NCBI GenBank assembly: GCA_041736175.1
Contig: JBGSUI010000217.1
Span: 1 to 64,000 of the forward strand
Source: Oligoflexales bacterium
GTDB taxonomy: Bacteria; Bdellovibrionota_B; Oligoflexia; Oligoflexales; CAIYRB01
Reading direction: 5' to 3'
DNA length: 64,000 bases
Positions 50,226 to 60,619 of this stretch are shown here, in pieces. The notes under the pieces are model-generated. The model was not told where the DNA came from. It did not search any database and was given only the letters and a program-made list of their open reading frames with translations. The translations under genes were made by a program, and so were the position numbers. How positions within the stretch are numbered: position 1 is the first letter of the stretch; each line of letters begins with the position of its first letter.

Positions 50226-50876
50226 GATTAAAAACGTTGCGTAAGGGGGGCTACTTCGAGCAAACTGGCAGCTCATAGCTGATTCAGCACGTTTGAGGTA
50301 TAATCTCTCCCAGCTCATGAGTCGATTTATGAGACAGATACTTTCGCAATGCTGGAGTCGGGGAAGAAGACCACCCTGCCAGTAGGATTCAACCCTATGG
50401 GTATTGTCGCTGTTCACGGCTGGGGGGAGCTCATGGGAATGACTCCAGCAAAAGTTGTTGAGGAGGCGGCTCTGCGCATACTTGCTGTGTACCTGGACGT
50501 TGATAAGACAGGGGAAAAGATTTGGTCGGAGGTTAAGGATGAGCTAACGCGGCTCCTCAGAGCTGCCTGAGGCTTCGCAGGCTGAAGTCTAAGAGGCCGA
50601 TCGACTGGGTCAACGTCGGAATTAGTACAACATCAGTTGGCCCAATGCTTTCGGTGGCGGTCCAGTCATCCAAAAATTTAGAGACACTCCCAGCATTGGT
50701 GTATTCCCAGAAGCAGCGAAGACGCGTCAGCGGTCGTAGAGGCCCTAGTTGATCCACAGGTGCAATTGTCCGCTGCGATTTCGATGTCGCAAAAAATTAA
50801 CAGCTCCCTTTGACCCCACCGTAAACAAATCTTATACGAGGAGGCAAGCGGCGAAGATTGTGCTTTATCAAGTCAG

Positions 50877-51464
50877 TCAGAAACCTCCAGGACCACCGAT
50901 AATGTACTCGGAGCTTTTGCCTTGGAGTTTCGCTAAAATTGCTGGCACGTTGTCGTTCGGTCCGTTGATATAGAACGGCTTGCCATCCTTGCCATAGGTG
51001 AATTTGTTTTTGAACGACTTGTCGGCCTCGACTACGTATTTTGAATGCTTCCAATCGCGATTGGGCTCAAAACCAAGTCCGTCCGCATATTCGATAGCTC
51101 CGAGGATCAGACACCGGGCATCTTGGTAGTCAAAGTCCACCCAGGAGTAGGGCGTCCTCGTCCGCATTTCTTCGATTTTTTGGTACTGCATGTTGGCATT
51201 GGCTATCGTGCTTTTCAGACCAAGGCAGTAATAGTCGACAAGATATTGCCCAAACAAATACCGTAAGTTTGGCTGCTGTCGAACGACGAGGATTGAAGCA
51301 AGTCCACATTCTTGCCAGTTCTCCATGATCGAACATTCATAGACGGGAAAACTTTCCGCCTGCTTCAGGAGGTCTATGGGATCTGTACCCGCCAATTGCT
51401 CCTGGCAGCAGAACTTAAATTTCTTACCACTGCCACACGGGCATGGTTTGTAAATTTCTTGCAT
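50877..51464 (-). CDS. SEC-C motif domain protein
   Basis: N-terminal PCPCGSGKKFKFCC; GGAGAGG RBS. Confidence 0.8.
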   Translation of the reverse strand: MQEIYKPCPCGSGKKFKFCCQEQLAGTDPIDLLKQAESFPVYECSIMENWQECGLASILVVRQQPNLRYLFGQYLVDYYCLGLKSTIANANMQYQKIEEMRTRTPYSWVDFDYQDARCLILGAIEYADGLGFEPNRDWKHSKYVVEADKSFKNKFTYGKDGKPFYINGPNDNVPAILAKLQGKSSEYIIGGPGGF

Positions 51465-51882
51465 GAGGCCTCTCCAATCAATTTAGTTTTCCCCAATAAA
51501 CATCGGCATCATACTCAATTCGTACTTTGCCATCTACCTGATTCGTCTCAAAGATTATGGTTACTGGATCATAAGACCATGTACTGCCGTGGCGGCAACC
51601 ATACGGTGGATAACTTGACACTGAAGTGACGAAATCATAACCCTTATGGCAACAAAATCTAAACAAAAAAAACCGGCTTCGTTACCAAAACCGTCGGTGA
51701 TCTGTAGACTGATCTTACCCGCTGCTGGCAGCTTTTTTGGAATGGGGCCGGAATCAATCTTTGAGCCAGCGCAAGGAGGTACGTTCCTTCTCGCTAAAAC
51801 CGCCTGGAGTCGTCCCTCTTAAGGGTTACACCAAGCGGAAGCTGTTGGATAGCGATCTGTAGATGGTTAAATGGACCTCCCA

Positions 51883-53259
51883 TTAAAAGCGGGCATAGGC
51901 CTTTAACGTCGTGAGTACCGTGGATGGAGCGACAGATTTGTTTCGTCCTTGGAGGGGCTCGTTAACCTCCACCTCTAAAGCTAGGGGCCATTGGACAACG
52001 GTGCCGTCGAGACCGACTCCATAAACTTGGTTTACAACTTCGTTTCCTTGTCCTGTCAACACGGTCCCCTCTCGCTTGGAAACGAGGGCTGAGTCGTAGT
52101 CATAAGCGAGGCCACCCTTGAGTGTGATCACAGCTAGGGTGGGGTTTAAAAAAGCGAGGGATGGCTTGAGGACGATAAATCCAACTTGCCTGGCGCGGTT
52201 GCGAGCAACCTGCTCTTGGCTCTGGCCTTGGGTGCCATAATGCCCCTTACGGAGCATTTGCTCGGTCTGATGTTGCCAAGATACCATGAGGTTTGACAAA
52301 GGCAAGATATCAAGATTTTGCCTAAGGGCTACATCGGTGGTACAGCGGCTGGTCGGTAAATCATCTTCACCCAAGTGGGTACAACGCCCCGTGGGCAGCC
52401 TGATTCCCACACCGAGAGAGTAACTCACCCATGCACTATCGTAGGCCTGATATAAAAGCCCTAACTCACTATCGCCAATCCCTTGGGCGCCCTTTCTTTC
52501 GTAGGTACTGGCACCAGCAAGGATTTTTTGTTCCACCATCCCATCAACCTGGCGACCATAGGCTGCGAGGCCATCTTTGATCGGGGTGCCAGCCTTAATA
52601 AAGAGCCCCGGGAGACCTGTGTTAGCCTCGGTCAAATCGATGGGTGCCATCAGGGCGTTTTGATTGATTAGAGTGAGGCAGTTAGCTGGTTGCCCACCGC
52701 ACGCACCCTTGTCGGCGAGGAGTTTGGAGGTGGCTTTTTCGAGGGCTGGGACCAGAGTCTCAGGGGTGATTCCAGGTCCAAGCTTTGCAAAACTCTGGCT
52801 GTAGGCTTTTGACTTGAGGTCTTGGAAGGCCGGTGACCCCTTAAAGTGTGCAGCATCAAGCAGGACTGATTGGTTATGATAAAAGCGGGTGACCCATTGG
52901 AGCGAAAGCCGGTCGCTGAGGCCGTATTCCAAGACAAAGGCACTTCCAGTCCCTTTTGCTTTGAAACTACTCTTAGATTGGTGCCCGGCCGCGTCATAGC
53001 TCGTATCGCCTGACTGCACCTGGTAGGGAACACGAAGACGGGCAACGCCTTCGGGCAGGGTTTTGCCTTCGGGGGCAATAAAGTGTTTTTTCAGGGTCAC
53101 CGGCGGTTTTTGCCCGGACCCATAATCCGGCTCCGAGGGAGAGGCAGCTCGCGCCAGGGGACTTTGGACAGCCACATAGGCAAGAGTCCACAGGCAGATC
53201 ACTAACTTTAAGATAAAGGATTCTAAACGGGAGTCTTTGCGGGGTTTTTGGAAAGCCAT
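51883..53259 (-). CDS. probable outer-membrane beta-barrel/transporter-like protein
   Basis: Signal peptide, LEYGLSDRL, GIGDSELG, GIRLPTG, C-terminal YARF. Confidence 0.65.
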   Translation of the reverse strand: MAFQKPRKDSRLESFILKLVICLWTLAYVAVQSPLARAASPSEPDYGSGQKPPVTLKKHFIAPEGKTLPEGVARLRVPYQVQSGDTSYDAAGHQSKSSFKAKGTGSAFVLEYGLSDRLSLQWVTRFYHNQSVLLDAAHFKGSPAFQDLKSKAYSQSFAKLGPGITPETLVPALEKATSKLLADKGACGGQPANCLTLINQNALMAPIDLTEANTGLPGLFIKAGTPIKDGLAAYGRQVDGMVEQKILAGASTYERKGAQGIGDSELGLLYQAYDSAWVSYSLGVGIRLPTGRCTHLGEDDLPTSRCTTDVALRQNLDILPLSNLMVSWQHQTEQMLRKGHYGTQGQSQEQVARNRARQVGFIVLKPSLAFLNPTLAVITLKGGLAYDYDSALVSKREGTVLTGQGNEVVNQVYGVGLDGTVVQWPLALEVEVNEPLQGRNKSVAPSTVLTTLKAYARF

Positions 53260-53492
53260 AGTCCTATTCTCCTTAGGGTTTGGATTGAATTCTGGAAGCT
53301 CGGTGTTTCTTATAAAATCTTCAAAAAAAGATTAGAGACTTTCAGATAAAAATTTTGTTACTATACATAACTATTGTTGTGAGAGCAACTGGAATCTTTT
53401 GACATTGGAAATCCACTAGCCCTAGTGGCTAAGACCCAAAAAAATGCTATAGAATTTCGTGCGCTTAATGGCGAACTAAAGGGAGGCCCCCC

Positions 53493-54917
53493 ATGATGGA
53501 CGAACCGACGCCCGCTGAACCAACCCAACCTATTCAGATGCTATACCGGGGGGGAACCTTGGTTTTTGAAGGGATAAGCCGCGACGTCGCCCAGAGCGTG
53601 TCCATGCTGAGCTGGGACGAAAGGACGCTCCAGTACCGGGCACCGGCCTATCGGTATCGCCCTATTTTTACCGAACTCAGACACCGGGGTCTTCAGATCG
53701 ATGACCAGGCAAGACGCTATGGAACCATTGATTTTAACGCCCAATTCACCCCACGCCCCCACCAATCGGAAGCCCTGGCTGCCTGGATCTCCGCAGGCCA
53801 ACGGGGGACCGTCGAGATGCCGACGGGCGCTGGCAAGACGATCTTAGCGATGATGGCCATGGCCCAGGTCAAACGGTCAACCCTCGTGGTGGTACCCACT
53901 ATAGACCTCCTCCAACAGTGGGAACGGGTGATCCAAGGTTGTTACGGGGGGGCAGTAGGCATTCTTGGTGGTGGCCAACACGACATCCAACAGGTGACCG
54001 TGACCACCTATGACTCTGCTGCCATCCATATCGAACGCCTTGGAGACCGCTTCGGTCTGGTGATCTTTGACGAATGCCATCATTTACCAGCTCCCCAATA
54101 CCAGTTTATCGCCATGTCTTCTCTTGCTCCCTTTAGACTCGGTCTGTCGGCAACGGTTCAACGCCCCGATGGCAAAGAGAGCGTTGTTTACAATCTGGTT
54201 GGACCTCTGGTCTACGAAGGCAAGATTCGAGAGATGTCTGCGACTACGTTGGCTCCCTATGAAGTGATCACCATACAGATCACGATGAACAGTGACGAGC
54301 AAGAGGCTTACGATACCGCGCGCAAAACCTATACGAATTTTATAAAATCCCAGGGCATCAGAATGGACCAAAAGGATGGGTGGATTGAATTTATCAAAAG
54401 GTCTGCTCGATCTTCGGACGGTCGCAAGGCCATGAAGGCCTACTGGCTCCAAAAACGCCTCGCCCAGGCGGCTGCAGCAAAAGTCTCAAAAACCTGGGAT
54501 ATTTTGCAACGCCACCGAGGCCAACGGATTTTGATTTTTACCGATGACAACCAAATGGCATACCGGATTGGCAGAGAGTTTTTGGTCCCAGTTCTGACCC
54601 ACAAGACAAAACTTGTGGAGCGCAAACGAATTCTTGCAACCTTTCGCCAGGGAACCCAGACAGTGATCTCGACATCAAAAGTCCTCAACGAAGGGGTCGA
54701 TGTCCCCGAAGCAAGCATCGGTGTGGTCCTCTCCGGGAGTGGTGCGGTGCGAGAGCATGTGCAAAGGTTGGGGCGTATCTTACGCCACCAGGAAGGTAAA
54801 ACCGCAATCCTGTACGAACTGGTGGCAAAGGGCACCAGCGAACACTACGTCAACCAAAGGAGGAAGCAGCACGATGCCTATGAAGGACCCTCTGCCAGTG
54901 CGACAACCCGGTGGTAA
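53493..54917 (+). CDS. XPB/Ssl2-like SF2 DNA helicase
   Basis: WDER..YRAPA, PRPHQ, PTGAGKT, DECH, LGLSAT, EGVDVP, QRLGRILR. Confidence 0.9.
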   Translation: MMDEPTPAEPTQPIQMLYRGGTLVFEGISRDVAQSVSMLSWDERTLQYRAPAYRYRPIFTELRHRGLQIDDQARRYGTIDFNAQFTPRPHQSEALAAWISAGQRGTVEMPTGAGKTILAMMAMAQVKRSTLVVVPTIDLLQQWERVIQGCYGGAVGILGGGQHDIQQVTVTTYDSAAIHIERLGDRFGLVIFDECHHLPAPQYQFIAMSSLAPFRLGLSATVQRPDGKESVVYNLVGPLVYEGKIREMSATTLAPYEVITIQITMNSDEQEAYDTARKTYTNFIKSQGIRMDQKDGWIEFIKRSARSSDGRKAMKAYWLQKRLAQAAAAKVSKTWDILQRHRGQRILIFTDDNQMAYRIGREFLVPVLTHKTKLVERKRILATFRQGTQTVISTSKVLNEGVDVPEASIGVVLSGSGAVREHVQRLGRILRHQEGKTAILYELVAKGTSEHYVNQRRKQHDAYEGPSASATTRW

Positions 54918-55007
54918 AGGTCTTTGCAATATCATAAATATCAGGCACACCCGTAATGAGAAAAGGGGCACCAACGATGAGATTCCAACCGAGGGAGAAA
55001 ACACGCG

Positions 55008-56222
55008 ATGCTTACCAAAGATCACCTGCAAGTGCGACGACGCGCTGGTAAGATTGTCCCCCAGTTTATAGATCCAGAAGACTCAGACTATATTGAGTCC
55101 GCAGAGGTTTTAATCGAGTTCTTCAAAGACAGCGTTGGTCTGACGGTTGGTGATTTGGAGGAAGCTGCCCAAGACCTTGGACTCAGCCCACCGATTCCCC
55201 TCGTAGTGGTCGGGGGGTTAACCAAACTCTGTATGGATCGGCTTGAACTTCGGGAGGACGATGGTTCTGCAGAGGAGTTTCGTTGGCAGATGCTAGAAAG
55301 GGCTGAATCTTTGCGGCAATCGCCCGAAGTTTTGGACCAAAAAGACTTCGAGCTCAGACTAGCACAAACCGTAGACTTAGATATCGATACCATCCGGGAT
55401 CGCCTTTACCACGACCTACCGGAAAACAGAAGCGTTCTAGGGTGGGATTCATTCACAGCGTCGGCGCTGCTCCATCGATGGAACTGCGCCCAAGTCCAGG
55501 GCCTCCTTTTACGAGCAACCACAGTAAAAATCCTGCTACCCAAGATTGCCTTAAAACAAAAAAGAACTTTGTTTAGACAATTGAAGTTTCATAGACTGCT
55601 CTCTACGGTCGAGGAAACAAGCAAAAAGCCCCAAGAGACAGGTGATTTTGAGTTCGAACTCAGCGGCCCCCTAAGCCTCTTTGACCAAGGCCAAAACTAC
55701 GGCCTCCGCATAGCCAATTTTTTTCCTTATATCTTGCATTTTGAGTCCTATCGGCTCGAAGCAGAAGTCAAATGGCAAAACGAGCTTTATCAGTTTCACC
55801 TCAACGAAAAATCAGGAATAAAAAGCCACTATAAAAATCACGAACAGTATATCCCTGATGAACTCACAGCCTGCCTTAATCATTTCAACCAAAAAAACCA
55901 TGGTGTAAAAGCTATTGTCGGTGAGACTTTTGTCCATATCGGAAGGGAGTCCTACTGCTTTCCAGATATCACTCTCACCTACCTCGACACGACCCGGGAG
56001 ATTCATGTGGAACTCTTCCATCGATGGCATATCAAGCAGCTACGAGGCCGGCTCGATGCACTCAGCAAAAACCCTATCTCCGATTTAAAAATCGGGGTCT
56101 GCAAATCCCTAGCTAAAGAACTCGAAGCGGATATCGCTGCTTCGCAGTGGTTTACAAACAATGGATTTTGGTTTAGAGATTTTCCGACCGCTCAAAGCTT
56201 GGCGCAGCTCCTTAGATCGTAA
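55008..56222 (+). CDS. DUF790 family protein (Bax1-like endonuclease)
   Basis: MLTKDHL, LYHDL.E, RWN.AQVQGLL, KFHRL, GP.SLF...YG, FPD...HVE PD-(D/E)xK-like segment; directly downstream of the XPB-like gene. Confidence 0.85.
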   Translation: MLTKDHLQVRRRAGKIVPQFIDPEDSDYIESAEVLIEFFKDSVGLTVGDLEEAAQDLGLSPPIPLVVVGGLTKLCMDRLELREDDGSAEEFRWQMLERAESLRQSPEVLDQKDFELRLAQTVDLDIDTIRDRLYHDLPENRSVLGWDSFTASALLHRWNCAQVQGLLLRATTVKILLPKIALKQKRTLFRQLKFHRLLSTVEETSKKPQETGDFEFELSGPLSLFDQGQNYGLRIANFFPYILHFESYRLEAEVKWQNELYQFHLNEKSGIKSHYKNHEQYIPDELTACLNHFNQKNHGVKAIVGETFVHIGRESYCFPDITLTYLDTTREIHVELFHRWHIKQLRGRLDALSKNPISDLKIGVCKSLAKELEADIAASQWFTNNGFWFRDFPTAQSLAQLLRS

Positions 56223-57183
56223 CGAGCTGATTCTCTAACAGGTCTTGATGGAGTTGGTCGATCTTATCCCATTCGGCGGATTCAGGTAGGGAGCTTTTGA
56301 CAGAAAGGACTTCGAGTTCGGCAAGCCGAGCTTTTAATTCAAGACTCCAATCAAAGTCGGCTTTTTGTCCATATCTGATCGCGCGCAAGAACTCCAGCGT
56401 TGGTCCTTGGAAAGGTAAAGTGATACACCCCTCCGTGAGGAGTTGAGCTGCCTCAAAGGTGAGTCTAAAGGCATGATGAATGCTTTTCCAATCCACGCCA
56501 GCCGATACCGCTGCGCGAGAACGGGTGCCGTATTTTCTTTCTATAACCTCCAAAGCTCCAAGAAGCCGCCTGACGGTTGTGGTGGTGTCAAAAGCCCGAC
56601 CGGCAATCTTTATCAGGTCAGCTCCAGATGCGTTGCTGTAGCTGGTCAGAACTACTGGTCCGATGCCCCCTTGGAGTTGGAGTTGTTCGCCCACCGTGGT
56701 CCCTAGAGTTTCCCGGGACTGGGTGTGACCCCAGGCAAGGATTTTTTGAATCATATCAAGGTTATCCCCTTTAATGACTGCTTTATGGGCTTGGGCCTCG
56801 GCAAAGCGGATAAAGGGAACAATCGATTGTTTAGAGACAAACCAATCTCGCTTAGCGACCAGGGTTTTCCACTCCTCAGTCGGAGGAACGACGTGGTGTT
56901 CTTGATTGGCAAAGAGCAGTTCGAGTTGGCTAGGTTGGCCCTCCCGAGCAAGCTCCATATATCGACCCAGAGAAAAAAACTTGCAATCGATATCATCGGT
57001 CGTGTTTCGAGGACCTTCTGAACTTTTGACGCTTTCAGAGATCTCCGCGGGATAACGTTCGATTCCAAGCAGATCTTGCCGTGAGGGCAAAAAAACCCCT
57101 AGGTAATCCCGATCTGACTGTGGACCCTGAGTCCCGTAGAGGTGGCTGCCTACGACGATTTTACAGATTTTTTTTCGTTCCAC
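56212..57183 (-). CDS. DNA polymerase beta superfamily nucleotidyltransferase (YcgL/RlaP-like)
   Basis: GSHLYGT..P.SDRDY.GVF, LELLF, DWK..HAFRL, SSLP. Confidence 0.8.
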   Translation of the reverse strand: MERKKICKIVVGSHLYGTQGPQSDRDYLGVFLPSRQDLLGIERYPAEISESVKSSEGPRNTTDDIDCKFFSLGRYMELAREGQPSQLELLFANQEHHVVPPTEEWKTLVAKRDWFVSKQSIVPFIRFAEAQAHKAVIKGDNLDMIQKILAWGHTQSRETLGTTVGEQLQLQGGIGPVVLTSYSNASGADLIKIAGRAFDTTTTVRRLLGALEVIERKYGTRSRAAVSAGVDWKSIHHAFRLTFEAAQLLTEGCITLPFQGPTLEFLRAIRYGQKADFDWSLELKARLAELEVLSVKSSLPESAEWDKIDQLHQDLLENQLVTI

Positions 57184-57221
57184 CCTGGTCCTATCAATCT
57201 TCTTGCAGATCCGTTTCCTGA

Positions 57222-58676
57222 TTAGTTTAGATCTTGTTTTGAAACGATCTTTCCTACCAGATCATAATCATGGGTTTCGGTGATCTCCACATATTGCATG
57301 GTCCCAGGCTGAAGATTCTCCCCATCGTTGATATAGACCAGCCCATCGACTTCAGGAGCTTGAGTCGCCAGTCGTCCCTGCCAAAGGAGATCTGATTCTT
57401 GGCTGATGCCTTCGATCAAACAAGGCAGTCTTTGCCCGCGATAGGCTTCCAATTTAGCTCTTGAAATGGTTTTTTGGAGTTCCATAATCTGCTCTAGCCG
57501 CGTTTGTTTAGTCTCTTCGTCAATCTGATTTTTCATCCGTCCAGCGACGGTGCCTTCTTCCTGGGAATAAGCAAATACGCCCAGATGATCAAACTTCTGC
57601 TCACCAATAAAGTCCACAAGCTGGTCAAAATCAGCAGCGGTCTCACCAGGAAAGCCGACCATCACACTGGTGCGAATCGCAATATGGGGAACTCTTGCCC
57701 TAAGCCGCGCCAGGGTCGAACGAAGCTCTCCCTGGTTTACGGCGCGGTTCATCGCCTTGAGGATCGAGTCCGAGGCATGCTGAACGGGGATATCGATATA
57801 AGGTGCCAGTTTTGGTTCCGTAGCAAACAACTCGATCAACTCATCGCTGAGATTTTCAGGATAGACATAAAGGCAACGAATCCATTGTAGACCATCGATC
57901 TTACTCAGTTCTTTTAATAATGGTAGCAGCAGATCTTCACCACGATCGCGACCATAGGCTGCAAGATCTTGGGCGATGAGATTAATTTCTAAGACGCCCT
58001 GTTGCACCAGCTGCTTAACCTCACGAATCACTGAGTCGATGGGCCTCGAACGGAGTTTGCCACGGATGGCTGGAATGATGCAAAAAGCACATTGGTGTTG
58101 GCACCCCTCGGCAACCTTCACATAGGCTGCATGCTTGGCCAGGGTATTAAGCCTCGGTAGGTCGTCAGAATACAGGTAGTGGGTCCGTTTAGCGTAGACT
58201 CGGGACAGGGGGGACGAGGGGCTTTTTTGTGGACTTTGGCCATCAGCACACTCGTAGAGCTGCTCGATATAGGTCCCAATCTTGGTGAATTCATCGGTAC
58301 CAATAAACAAATCCACTTCTGGTAGGCCTCGCGCCAGTTGGGATTTATACCGTTGGGTCAGACAACCAGTCACAACAACCTTTAGGTTTTTGTTGGTTTT
58401 TTTAAGCTCTGTGGCTTGAAGGATGGTGTCTATGCTCTCTTCTTTTGCCGAACCAATAAATCCACAGGTGTTGACGATCACCACATCAGCCTCTTCGGGA
58501 GTCTCCGTCGAAAGCCAACCACCACCTAAAAGAGTGCCGAGCATCACCTCAGAGTCAACCCGGTTGCGGGCGCAACCAAGAGAGATCAAATGGGCCTTTT
58601 TAGGAGTTAAAACAACGACCTTGGCATTCTCTTGTGCCCCTTGGGCAGCCTCTGGCTGGCTCGTCGTTTGGTCCAT
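57222..58676 (-). CDS. rimO: ribosomal protein S12 methylthiotransferase
   Basis: SLGCARNRVDSE, NTCGFI, GC...CAFC.IP, QAPEVDG TRAM domain. Confidence 0.95.
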   Translation of the reverse strand: MDQTTSQPEAAQGAQENAKVVVLTPKKAHLISLGCARNRVDSEVMLGTLLGGGWLSTETPEEADVVIVNTCGFIGSAKEESIDTILQATELKKTNKNLKVVVTGCLTQRYKSQLARGLPEVDLFIGTDEFTKIGTYIEQLYECADGQSPQKSPSSPLSRVYAKRTHYLYSDDLPRLNTLAKHAAYVKVAEGCQHQCAFCIIPAIRGKLRSRPIDSVIREVKQLVQQGVLEINLIAQDLAAYGRDRGEDLLLPLLKELSKIDGLQWIRCLYVYPENLSDELIELFATEPKLAPYIDIPVQHASDSILKAMNRAVNQGELRSTLARLRARVPHIAIRTSVMVGFPGETAADFDQLVDFIGEQKFDHLGVFAYSQEEGTVAGRMKNQIDEETKQTRLEQIMELQKTISRAKLEAYRGQRLPCLIEGISQESDLLWQGRLATQAPEVDGLVYINDGENLQPGTMQYVEITETHDYDLVGKIVSKQDLN

Positions 58677-58741
58677 GGTTGGTAACCTCCACTGTGTTTT
58701 CATCAAACCTCGGCTTGGCAGACGTGAGTATCATAAAAAAC

Positions 58742-58788
58742 CGCTGGCGAAAAGCGGGGAATTGCTTCGGCTAGGAGGTCGATTCTGG
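58742..58788 (+). repeat. left copy of a 47-bp imperfect direct repeat flanking hipBA
   Basis: CGCTGGCGAAAAGCGGGGAATTGCTTCGGCTAGGAGGTCGATTCTGG; 42/47 identical to 60620-60666. Confidence 0.85.
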
Positions 58789-58807
58789 TTTTGTGCAAGA
58801 TTTAAGT

Positions 58808-60145
58808 TCAAGCTAGCTCCACGGCTTCGGCGGAGTTCCGCATTTTGCGCCGCACCTGCTCGCCGAGTTGAGGAAGGTGCATCGCGTCACCATCCAAACC
58901 TTCGAAGGCATAAGGATTTAGGAACGCACGGCTAGCCAGCATGTTCCGGTCGGCCCCTCCGAGGTCAGCGACAGTGCAGACGGCGGCCCAGTGCTCGCCG
59001 ATCTTGGTGACTAGCCCTTCGATCGCAGCGATCGCCTCCGCCCGCGGGAGCAAAAACATGGAGGCGGCGTCGAGGCAGGTCGCGAGTCGGCTCGAACGCT
59101 TCTGGCCGATGATCGCCATGGCCTGCGTAGCCTCGCCGCCAGCTCGGGGCTGCGGACAGAGGTCATAGGCCGGTGAGAGCCTGAGATTGTTACCATCCCA
59201 CAGCGCGGCGTGGTTGCGAGCATGATCGTCGGTATTTCCACACAGAACGTTGAAGGCGAGGCGAGCGAATAGCTCTTTCAGGGTAGGCTTCGGGTCGACG
59301 AATTCGTGGCGAATGATGCGCGCGAGGGCCTCGTAGCTGGCGTATCGGGCCATCATCTCGTCGAGTTTGAGGAGCGTGAGCGCTGAGATCGTTGCGTGGC
59401 GTTGCCAGGAGGTATTGCCCTTCGAAGTGCGATCGAAACGCTCAACGAGGAGGACGTCCTTGTGCGCCGAGCGCACCAGCTTTACCGGTGCGACTACGAG
59501 ACCCGCGAGCGCTCCGAGGCGCATGGCGATAAACTCGGCTTTGACGACGGGATAGAGGTCGCTCGAGGCGGCGAACTTGGCGATATGCTTCTTGTCGCCA
59601 TCGACGATCAGGGCTTTTGGGCGAGCCCCACCGATCGAACTGCCGTGATGCAACGCGCGGTCCAGCTCGGGTGTCAGCGGCACGCCCATTTCTACACGCT
59701 TGGCGGCAGTCTGCAGCTCGTCGAGGCTGGCGGGAGCGGCCAAACGCGGCACGTAGGCGGCGGCAGATCTTTGAAAGTCGAGAGCGCCGATGCGGTCGGA
59801 CCCTGATTCCAAGAAGTAGGTCAGCTCGTCGATTCTGGCCGTGTCTGCTTGGTCGCCCTTGTCGCCGAGTAGGTGATTCAGGATGACGCGCCGCCCCCAG
59901 GCGTCTGGCGAGGCGTCCCGTAGGCAGCCAGACATCGTAAGGCCATCGAGCGGCCTGAGCTCCCCGGGCTCGAGCGGTAATTCGGCCTTGTGAATCGATA
60001 TTGCGTTTTTGCGTCCCAGATAGGAACGCCCGTAATTGAAGACCAAGCTCGGACCGTCAGCTGCGACGCGGCCGGCGACGACGGGCTTGGTGGCGCCGGG
60101 TAGCCAAATCCAGACAAAGAGCTCGGTCGGTGCGTTAGAAGTCAT
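58808..60145 (-). CDS. hipA: HipA family Ser/Thr kinase toxin
   Basis: SPDAWGR, DRIGAL, GSSIGGARPK, VERFDR, GNTDDHARN, LSPAYDL. Confidence 0.92.
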   Translation of the reverse strand: MTSNAPTELFVWIWLPGATKPVVAGRVAADGPSLVFNYGRSYLGRKNAISIHKAELPLEPGELRPLDGLTMSGCLRDASPDAWGRRVILNHLLGDKGDQADTARIDELTYFLESGSDRIGALDFQRSAAAYVPRLAAPASLDELQTAAKRVEMGVPLTPELDRALHHGSSIGGARPKALIVDGDKKHIAKFAASSDLYPVVKAEFIAMRLGALAGLVVAPVKLVRSAHKDVLLVERFDRTSKGNTSWQRHATISALTLLKLDEMMARYASYEALARIIRHEFVDPKPTLKELFARLAFNVLCGNTDDHARNHAALWDGNNLRLSPAYDLCPQPRAGGEATQAMAIIGQKRSSRLATCLDAASMFLLPRAEAIAAIEGLVTKIGEHWAAVCTVADLGGADRNMLASRAFLNPYAFEGLDGDAMHLPQLGEQVRRKMRNSAEAVELA

Positions 60146-60470
60146 CTTTGACCTTTCGCTTGGCTCGGATGCTTTTTGGCAAAAGGGCCAGCTTGGCGGT
60201 GACTAGATCGATGTCCATGGTGAGGCGCCCATGCTCCGGTTCAAAAAGCGTGACGCCCGTCAATGCCGCTAGTTCGAACACGAGCCCGATTTCGCACTTG
60301 AGGTCGCCCTTTTCGACCTTTTTCAAGGTCGCTCGCGAGATACCTGCGCGGTCGGCGAGCTGCTGTTCGGTCCACCTGCGCTGTTTCCGCCCCAACTGGA
60401 TCAAATGACCCAATAGTGTTGTCGATTCAATTACATAGGGGCTATATGTGCGGATTACTTTGCGAGTCAT
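60135..60470 (-). CDS. HipB-like XRE HTH antitoxin
   Basis: RKQRRWTEQQLADRAGISRATLKKVEKG; overlaps the hipA start. Confidence 0.85.
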   Translation of the reverse strand: MTRKVIRTYSPYVIESTTLLGHLIQLGRKQRRWTEQQLADRAGISRATLKKVEKGDLKCEIGLVFELAALTGVTLFEPEHGRLTMDIDLVTAKLALLPKSIRAKRKVKDDF

Positions 60471-60473
60471 GTA

Positions 60474-60586
60474 GATTCCTATAACGGCCACAAAGGCATT
60501 TTATGGCTACTATAATAGCCTTTTGAGTGGCTGCAGCCAAGGCGTTTTAATAGCCGTAAAACTATTCCACGGCTATTATAATATCC
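60474..60586. promoter_or_regulatory. four spaced operator-like palindromes upstream of hipB
   Basis: GATTCCTATAACGGCC (60474), GGCTACTATAATAGCC (60505), AGGCGTTTTAATAGCC (60540), GGCTATTATAATATCC (60571). Confidence 0.65.
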
Positions 60587-60619
60587 AAATGAGTGGGCTG
60601 CAGCAACGCCAACCTCCAG

